Part shown: piece by piece, positions 55,601 to 64,000 of the stretch
How the letters are laid out: the number at the start of each line of letters is the position of its first letter
Position numbering within the stretch: the stretch's first letter is position 1
Origin: the human T2T-CHM13v2.0 reference genome, Homo sapiens
NCBI RefSeq assembly: GCF_009914755.1
Contig: NC_060938.1
DNA length: 64,000 nt
Reading direction: 5' to 3' (one strand)
The notes under the pieces: generated by a model
Told to the model about the DNA's origin: nothing
The model's input: the letters and a program-made list of their open reading frames with translations, nothing else
Databases searched by the model: none
Program-made: the position numbers and the translations under genes

Positions 55601-58600
55601 ATATGAAGATATTCCCGTTTCCAACGAAATCTTCAAATCTATCCAAATATCCACTTGCAGATTCAACAAAAAGTGTTTTTCAGAACTGCTCTATCAAAAG
55701 AAAGATCCACCTCTGTTAGCTGAGTTCACACATCACAAACAAGCTTATGAGAATGCTTCTGTCTAGTTTATATTTGAAGATATTTCCTTTCTCACCATAG
55801 AGCTGAAAGCTGTCCTAATGTTCACTTCCAGATACTACAGAAAGAGTGTTTCAAAACTGCTGTACGAAAGGGAATGTTCAACTCTGTGACTTGAATGCAC
55901 ACATCACAAAGAAGTTTCTGAGGATGCTGCTGTCTACTTTTTATACGTAATCCCGTTTATAACGAAATCCTCCAAGCTATCGAAATATCCACTTGCAGAT
56001 TCCACAGAAAGACTGTTTCAAAACTGCTCTGTCAATAGAAAGGTTCAACTCTGTTAGCTGCGTGCATATATCCCAAAGAAGATTCTGAGATTGCTTCTGT
56101 CTAGTTTTTATGGGAAGATATTTCCCTTTTCACCTTAGGTGTCAAGGCGCTCCAAATGTCCACTTCCAGATACTACAAAAAGAGTGTTTCAAACCTACTC
56201 TGTGAAAGGGAATATTCAACTCTGTGACTTGAATGCACATATCACAAAGAAGTTTCTGAGAATGCTTCTGTCGAGATTTTATATGAAGATATTCCCGTTT
56301 CCAACGAAATCCTGAAATGTATCCAAATATCCCCTCGCAGATTCTACAAAAAGAGTGTTTCAAAACTGCTCTGTGAAAAGAAAGGTTCAACTCTGTTAGT
56401 TGAGTACACACATCACAAACAAGTTTCACAGAATGCTTCTTTCTAGCTTGTAGGGGAAGATATTCCCTTTATCACCATGGGCCTCCAACCGTCCGAAACA
56501 TCCACTTCCATATACTACAAAAAGAGCGTTTCAAACCTGCTCTATGAAAGGCAATGTTCAACTCTGTGACTTGAATGCAGACATCACAGAGCAGTTTCTG
56601 AGAATGCTTCTGTCTAGTTTTTATAGGAAGATATTCCCGTTTCCAACGAAATCTTCACAGCTATCCAAATATCCACTTGCAGATTCTACAAAAAGAGTGT
56701 ATCAAAACTGCTCTGTCAAAAGGAAGGTTCTTCTCTGTTAGGTGAGTGCATACGTCATAAAGGAGTTTCTGAGAATGTTTCTGTCTAGTGGTTATGGGAA
56801 GATATTTGCTTTTTCACCGTAGGCCTCAGAGCGCTCCAAATATCCACTTGCACATACTACAAAAAGAGTGCTTCAAAGCTGCTCTCTGAAACGGAATGTT
56901 CAACTCTATGAGTTGAATGCAAACATCACAAAGACGTTTCTGAGAATGCTTCTGTCTAGATTTGATATGAAGATATTCCCGTTTCCAACGAAATCTTCAA
57001 ATCTATCCAAATGTCCACTTGCAGATTCAACAAAAAGTGTTTTTCAGAACTGCTCTATCAAAAGAAAGATCCACCTCTGTTAGCTGAGTTCACACATCAC
57101 AAACAAGTTTATGAGAATGCTTCTGTCTAGTTTTTATTTGAAGATATTTCCTTTCTCACCATAGAGCTGAAAGCTGTCCTAATGTTCACTTCCAGATACT
57201 ACAGAAAGAGTGTTTCAAAACTGCTGTACGAAAGGGAATGTTCAACTCTGTGACTTGAATGCACACATCACAAAGAAGTTTCTGAGGATGCTGCTGTCTA
57301 CTTTTTATACGTAATCCCGTTTCCAACGAAATCCTCCAAGCTATCCAAATATCCACTTGCAGATTCCACAGAAAGACTGTTTCAAAACTGCTCTGTCAAT
57401 AGAAAGGTTCAACTCTGTTAGCTGCGTGCATATATCCCAAAGAAGATTCTGAGATTGCTTCTGTCTAGTTTTTCTGGGAAGATATTTCCCTTTTCACCGT
57501 AGGCGTCAAGGCGCTCCAAATGTCCACTTCCAGATACTACAAAAAGAGTGTTTCAAACCTACTCTGTGAAAGGGAATATTCAACTCTGTGACTTGAATGC
57601 ACATATCACAAAGAAGTTTCTGAGAATGCTTCTGTCGAGATTTTATATGAAGATATTCCCGTTTCCAACGAAATCCTGAAATCTATCCAAATATCCCCTC
57701 GCAGATTCTACAAAAAGAGTGTTTCAAAACTGCTCTGTAAAAAGAAAGGTTCAACTCTGTTAGTTGAGTACACGCATCACAAACAAGTTTCACACAATGC
57801 TTCTTTCTAGCTTGTAGGGGAAGATATTCCCTTTATCACCATGGGCCTCCAACCGTCCGAAACATCCACTTCCATATACTACAAAAAGAGCGTTTCAAAC
57901 CTGCTCTATGAAAGGCAATGTTCAACTCTGTGACTTGAATGCAGACATCACAGAGCAGTTTCTGAGAATGCTTCTGTCTAGATTTTATAGGAAGATATTC
58001 CCGTTTCCAACGAAATCTTCACAGCTATCCAAATATCCACTTGCAGATTCTACAAAAAGAGTGTATCAAAACTGCTCTGTCAAAAGGAAGGTTCTTCTCT
58101 GTTAGGTGAGTGCATACGTCATAAAGGAGTTTCTGAGAATGTTTCTGTCTAGTGGTTATGGGAAGATATTTGCTTTTTCCCCGTAGGCCTCAGAGCGCTC
58201 CAAATATCCACTTGCACATACTACAAAAAGAGTGCTTCAAAGCTGCTCTCTGAAACGGAATGTTCAACTCTATGAGTTGAATGCAAACATCACAAAGACG
58301 TTTCTGAGAATGCTTCTGTCTAGATTTGATATGAAGATATTCCCGTTTCCAACGAAATCTTCAAATCTATCCAAATGTCCACTTGCAGATTCAACAAAAA
58401 GTGTTTTTCAGAACTGCTCTATCAAAAGAAAGATCCACCTCTGTTAGCTGAGTTCACACATCACAAACAAGTTTATGAGAATGCTTCTGTCTAGTTTTTA
58501 TTTGAAGATATTTCCTTTCTCACCATAGAGCTGAAAGCTGTCCTAATGTTCACTTCCAGATACTACAGAAAGAGTGTTTCAAAACTGCTGTACGAAAGGG

Positions 58601-61600
58601 AATGTTCAACTCTGTGACTTGAATGCACACATCACAAAGAAGTTTCTGAGGATGCTGCTGTCTACTTTTTATACGTAATCCCGTTTCCAACGAAATCCTC
58701 CAAGCTATCGAAATATCCACTTGCAGATTCCACAGAAAGACTGTTTCAAAACTGCTCTGTCAATAGAAAGGTTCAACTCTGTTAGCTGCGTGCATATATC
58801 CCAAAGAAGATTCTGAGATTGCTTCTGTCTAGTTTTTATGGGAAGATATTTCCCTTTTCACCGTAGGTGTCAAGGCGCTCCAAATGTCCACTTCCAGATA
58901 CTACAAAAAGAGTGTTTCAAACCTACTCTGTGAAAGGGAATATTCAACTCTGTGACTTGAATGCACATATCACAAAGAAGTTTCTGAGAATGCTTCTGTC
59001 GAGATTTTATATGAAGATATTCCCGTTTCCAACGAAATCCTGAAATGTATCCAAATATCCCCTCGCAGATTCTACAAAAAGAGTGTTTCAAAACTGCTCT
59101 GTAAAAAGAAAGGTTCAACTCTGTTAGTTGAGTACACACATCACAAACAAGTTTCACACAATGCTTCTTTCTAGCTTGTAGGGGAAGATATTCCCTTTAT
59201 CACCATGGGCCTCCAACCGTCCGAAACATCCACTTCCATATACTACAAAAAGAGCGTTTCAAACCTGCTCTATGAAAGGCAATGTTCAACTCTGTGACTT
59301 GAATGCAGACATCACAGAGCAGTTTCTGAGAATGCTTCTGTCTAGATTTTATAGGAAGATATTCCCGTTTCCAACGAAATCTTCACAGCTATCCAAATAT
59401 CCACTTGCAGATTCTACAAAAAGAGTGTATCAAAACTGCTCTGTCAAAAGGAAGGTTCTTTTCTGTTAGGTGAGTGCATACGTCATAAAGGAGTTTCTGA
59501 GAATGTTTCTGTCTAGTGGTTATGGGAAGATATTTGCTTTTTCACCGTAGGCCTCAGAGCGCTCCAAATATCCACTTGCACATATTACAAAAAGAGTGCC
59601 TCAACGCTGCTCTCTGAAACGGAATGTTCAACTCTATGAGTTGAATGCAAACATCGCAAAGACGTTTCTGAGAATGCTTCTGTCTAGATTTGATATGAAG
59701 ATATTCCCGTTTCCAACGAAATCTTCAAATCTATCCAAATGTCCACTTGCAGATTCAACAAAAAGTGTTTTTCAGAACTGCTCTATCAAAAGAAAGATCC
59801 ACCTCTGTTAGCTGAGTTCACACATCACAAACAAGTTTATGAGAATGCTTCTGTCTAGTTTTTATTTGAAGATATTTCCTTTCTCACCATAGAGCTGAAA
59901 GCTGTCCTAATGTTCACTTCCAGATACTACAGAAAGAGTGTTTCAAAACTGCTGTACGAAAGGGAATGTTCAACTCTGTGACTTGAATGCACACATCACA
60001 AAGAAGTTTCTGAGGATGCTGCTGTCTACTTTTTATACGTAATCCCGTTTCCAACGAAATCCTCCAAGCTATCCAAATATCCACTTGCAGATTCCACAGA
60101 AAGACTGTTTCAAAACTGCTCTGTCAATAGAAAGGTTCAACTCTGTTAGCTGCGTGCATATATCCCAAAGAAGATTCTGAGATTGCTTCTGTCTAGTTTT
60201 TCTGGGAAGATATTTCCCTTTTCACCGTAGGCGTCAAGGCGCTCCAAATGTCCACTTCCAGATACTACAAAAAGAGTGTTTCAAACCTACTCTGTGAAAG
60301 GGAATATTCAACTCTGTGACTTGAATGCACATATCACAAAGAAGTTTCTGAGAATGCTTCTGTCGAGATTTTATATGAAGATATTCCCGTTTCCAACTAA
60401 ATCCTGAAATCTATCCAAATATCCCCTCGCAGATTCTACAAAAAGAGTGTTTCAAAACTGCTCTGTGAAAAGAATGGTTCAACTCTGTTAGTTGAGTACA
60501 CACATCACAAACAAGTTTCACAGAATGCTTCTTTCTAGCTTGTAGGGGAAGATATTCCCTTTATCACCATGGGCCTCCAACCGTCCGAAACATCCACTTC
60601 CATATACTACAAAAAGAGCATTTCAAACCTGCTCTATGAAAGGCAATGTTCAACTCTGTGACTTGAATGCAGACATCACAGAGCAGTTTCTGAGAATGCT
60701 TCTGTCTAGATTTTATAGGAAGATATTCCCGTTTCCAACGAAATCTTCACAGCTATCCAAATATCCACTTGCAGATTCTACAAAAAGAGTGTATCAAAAC
60801 TGCTCTGTCAAAAGGAAGGTTCTTCTCTGTTAGGTGAGTGCATACGTCATAAAGGAGTTTCTGAGAATGTTTCTGTCTAGTGGTTATGGGAAGATATTTG
60901 CTTTTTCACCGTAGGCCTCAGAGCGCTCCAAATATCCACTTGCACATACTACAAAAAGAGTGCTTCAAAGCTGCTCTCTGAAACGGAATGTTCAACTCTA
61001 TGAGTTGAATGCAAACATCACAAAGACGTTTCTGAGAATGCTTCTGTCTAGATTTGATATGAAGATATTCCCGTTTCCAACGAAATCTTCAAATCTATCC
61101 AAATATCCACTTGCAGATTCAACAAAAAGTGTTTTTCAGAACTGCTCTATCAAAAGAAAGATCCACCTCTGTTAGCTGAGTTCACACATCACAAACAAGC
61201 TTATGAGAATGCTTCTGTCTAGTTTATATTTGAAGATATTTCCTTTCTCACCATAGAGCTGAAAGCTGTCCTAATGTTCACTTCCAGATACTACAGAAAG
61301 AGTGTTTCAAAACTGCTGTACGAAAGGGAATGTTCAACTCTGTGACTTGAATCCACACATCACAAAGAAGTTTCTGAGGATGCTGCTGTCTACTTTTTAT
61401 ACGTAATCCCGTTTACAACGAAATCCTCCAAGCTATCGAAATATCCACTTGCAGATTCCACAGAAAGACTGTTTCAAAACTGCTCTGTCAATAGAAAGGT
61501 TCAACTCTGTTAGCTGCGTGCATATATCCCAAAGAAGATTCTGAGATTGCTTCTGTCTAGTTTTTATGGGAAGATATTTCCCTTTTCACCGTAGGTGTCA

Positions 61601-64000
61601 AGGCGCTCCAAATGTCCACTTCCAGATACTACAAAAAGAGTGTTTCAAACCTACTCTGTGAAAGGGAATATTCAACTCTGTGACTTGAATGCACATATCA
61701 CAAAGAAGTTTCTGAGAATGCTTCTGTCGAGATTTTATATGAAGATATTCCCGTTTCCAACGAAATCCTGAAATGTATCCAAATATCCCCTCGCAGATTC
61801 TACAAAAAGAGTGTTTCAAAACTGCTCTGTGAAAAGAAAGGTTCAACTCTGTTAGTTGAGTACACACATCACAAACAAGTTTCACAGAATGCTTCTTTCT
61901 AGCTTGTAGGGGAAGATATTCCCTTTATCACCATGGGCCTCCAACCGTCCGAAACATCCACTTCCATATACTACAAAAAGAGCGTTTCAAACCTGCTCTA
62001 TGAAAGGCAATGTTCAACTGTGTGACTTGAATGCAGACATCACAGAGCAGTTTCTGAGAATGCTTCTGTCTAGATTTTATAGGAAGATATTCCCGTTTCC
62101 AACGAAATCTTCACAGCTATCCAAATATCCACTTGCAGATTCTACAAAAAGAGTGTATCAAAACTGCTCTGTCAAAAGGAAGGTTCTTCTCTGTTAGGTG
62201 AGTGCATACGTCATAAAGGAGTTTCTGAGAATGTTTCTGTCTAGTGGTTATGGGAAGATATTTGCTTTTTCACCGTAGGCCTCAGAGCGCTCCAAATATC
62301 CACTTGCACATACTACAAAAAGAGTGCTTCAAAGCTGCTCTCTGAAACGGAATGTTCAACTCTATGAGTTGAATGCAAACATCACAAAGACGTTTCTGAG
62401 AATGCTTCTGTCTAGATTTGATATGAAGATATTCCCGTTTCCAACGAAATCTTCAAATCTATCCAAATGTCCACTTGCAGATTCAACAAAAAGTGTTTTT
62501 CAGAACTGCTCTATCAAAAGAAAGATCCACCTCTGTTAGCTGAGTTCACACATCACAAACAAGTTTATGAGAATGCTTCTGTCTAGTTTTTATTTGAAGA
62601 TATTTCCTTTCTCACCATAGAGCTGAAAGCTGTCCTAATGTTCACTTCCAGATACTACAGAAAGAGTGTTTCAAAACTGTTGTACGAAAGGGAATGTTCA
62701 ACTCTGTGACTTGAATGCACACATCACAAAGAAGTTTCTGAGGATGCTGCTGTCTACTTTTTATACGTAATCCCGTTTCCAACGAAATCCTCCAAGCTAT
62801 CCAAATATCCACTTGCAGATTCCACAGAAAGACTGTTTCAAAACTGCTCTGTCAATAGAAAGGTTCAACTCTGTTAGCTGCGTGCATATATCCCAAAGAA
62901 GATTCTGAGATTGCTTCTGTCTAGTTTTTCTGGGAAGATATTTCCCTTTTCACCGTAGGTGTCAAGGCGCTCCAAATGTCCACTTCCAGATACTACAAAA
63001 AGAGTGTTTCAAACCTACTCTGTGAAAGGGAATATTCAACTCTGTGACTTGAATGCACATATCACAAGGAAGTTTCTGAGAATGCTTCTGTCGAGATTTT
63101 ATATGAAGATATTCCCGTTTCCAACGAAATCCTGAAATCTATCCAAATATCCCCTCGCAGATTCTACAAAAAGAGTGTTTCAAAACTGCTCTGTAAAAAG
63201 AAAGGTTCAACTCTGTTAGTTGAGTACACACATCACAAACAAGTTTCACAGAATGCTTCTTTCTAGCTTATAGGGGAAGATATTTCCTTTATCACCATGG
63301 GCCTCCAACCGTCCGAAACATCCACTTCCATATACTACAAAAAGAGCGTTTCAAACCTGCTCTATGAAAGGCAATGTTCAACTCTGTGACTTGAATGCAG
63401 ACATCACAGAGCAGTTTCTGAGAATGCTTCTGTCTAGATTTTATAGGAAGATATTCCCGTTTCCAACGAAATCTTCACAGCTATCCAAATATCCACTTGC
63501 AGATTCTACAAAAAGAGTGTATCAAAACTGCTCTGTCAAAAGGAAGGTTCTTTTCTGTTAGGTGAGTGCATACGTCATAAAGGAGTTTCTGAGAATGTTT
63601 CTGTCTAGTGGTTATGGGAAGATATTTGCTTTTTCACCGTCGGCCTCAGAGCGCTCCAAATATCCACTTGCACATACTACAAAAAGAGTGCCTCAAAGCT
63701 GCTCTCTGAAACGGAATGTTCAACTCTATGAGTTGAATGCAAACATCGCAAAGACGTTTCTGAGAATGCTTCTGTCTAGATTTGATATGAAGATATTCCC
63801 GTTTCCAACGAAATCTTCAAATCTATCCAAATGTCCACTTGCAGATTCAACAAAAGGTGTTTTTCAGAACTGCTCTATCAAAAGAAAGATCCACCTCTGT
63901 TAGCTGAGTTCACACATCACAAACAAGTTTATGAGAATGCTTCTGTCTAGTTTTTATTTGAAGATATTTCCTTTCTCACCATAGAGCTGAAAGCTGTCCT

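Larger units (their letters stand above)
1..64000 (-). repeat. Alpha-satellite higher-order repeat array, 8-mer HOR of 1364 bp, about 46.9 copies; probably the SF2 chr14/22 HOR (D14Z9/D22Z1)
   Basis: 171-bp monomer periodicity with typical alphoid motifs (e.g. GTTCAACTCTGTGACTTGAATGCA, TTTCTGAGAATGCTTCTGTCTAG). The ORF track repeats at exactly 1364 bp from 620 to 63364 (46 x 1364). Strand is given by the orientation of the canonical CENP-B box. Alpha-satellite identity is certain. The chromosome call is about 0.75 confident because other SF2 arrays also have 8-mer forms. Confidence 0.99.

Noticed and set aside
1575-56135. CACCTTAGG variant shared by U2 and U42
   Set aside because: A single base at a CpG with no linked markers, which cannot be told apart from recurrent mutation.
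218-63903. Recurrent 95-aa (-), 65-aa (+) and 71-aa (+) ORFs
   Set aside because: They are translations of satellite monomers. They repeat with the HOR, resemble each other because the monomers are homologous, two of the three start at GTG, and they appear or vanish with single substitutions. No evidence of coding function.
1-64000. CRISPR-like pattern of a constant 17-20 bp motif separated by spacers
   Set aside because: The motif is the CENP-B box, the spacers are about 325 bp and themselves repeated, and there are no cas genes.
1-64000. Mobile-element insertion (Alu/L1), inversion or foreign sequence hidden in the array
   Set aside because: The exact 1364-bp phase and single orientation hold throughout, and I saw no poly(A) tail or non-alphoid stretch.
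1-64000. Assignment to chromosome 14 versus 22, or to the kinetochore (CDR) region
   Set aside because: The two arrays share the HOR and the CDR is defined epigenetically, so neither can be decided without alignment and methylation data.

Overview
The whole 64 kb window is one uninterrupted primate (very likely human) centromeric alpha-satellite array. It holds about 46.9 head-to-tail copies of a 1364-bp higher-order repeat (HOR) made of eight monomers (seven of 171 bp, one of 167 bp). A CENP-B box lies on the minus strand in every second monomer, alternating with pJalpha/A-box-like monomers. The dimeric layout, 8-mer size and XbaI/TaqI sites fit the suprachromosomal-family-2 chromosome 14/22 HOR (D14Z9/D22Z1, alpha-XT), but that assignment is from recall and is not verified. 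I see no genes, mobile-element insertions, inversions or net indels, and the listed ORFs are repeat artefacts. I found no convincing new biological system. The remaining signal is in the single-base variants, which define sub-domains, multi-HOR block duplications, chimeric HORs with mappable crossover intervals and at least 8 damaged CENP-B boxes. Units are numbered U1..U47, with Un starting at 1+1364*(n-1). All variant calls were made by eye and are not exhaustive.
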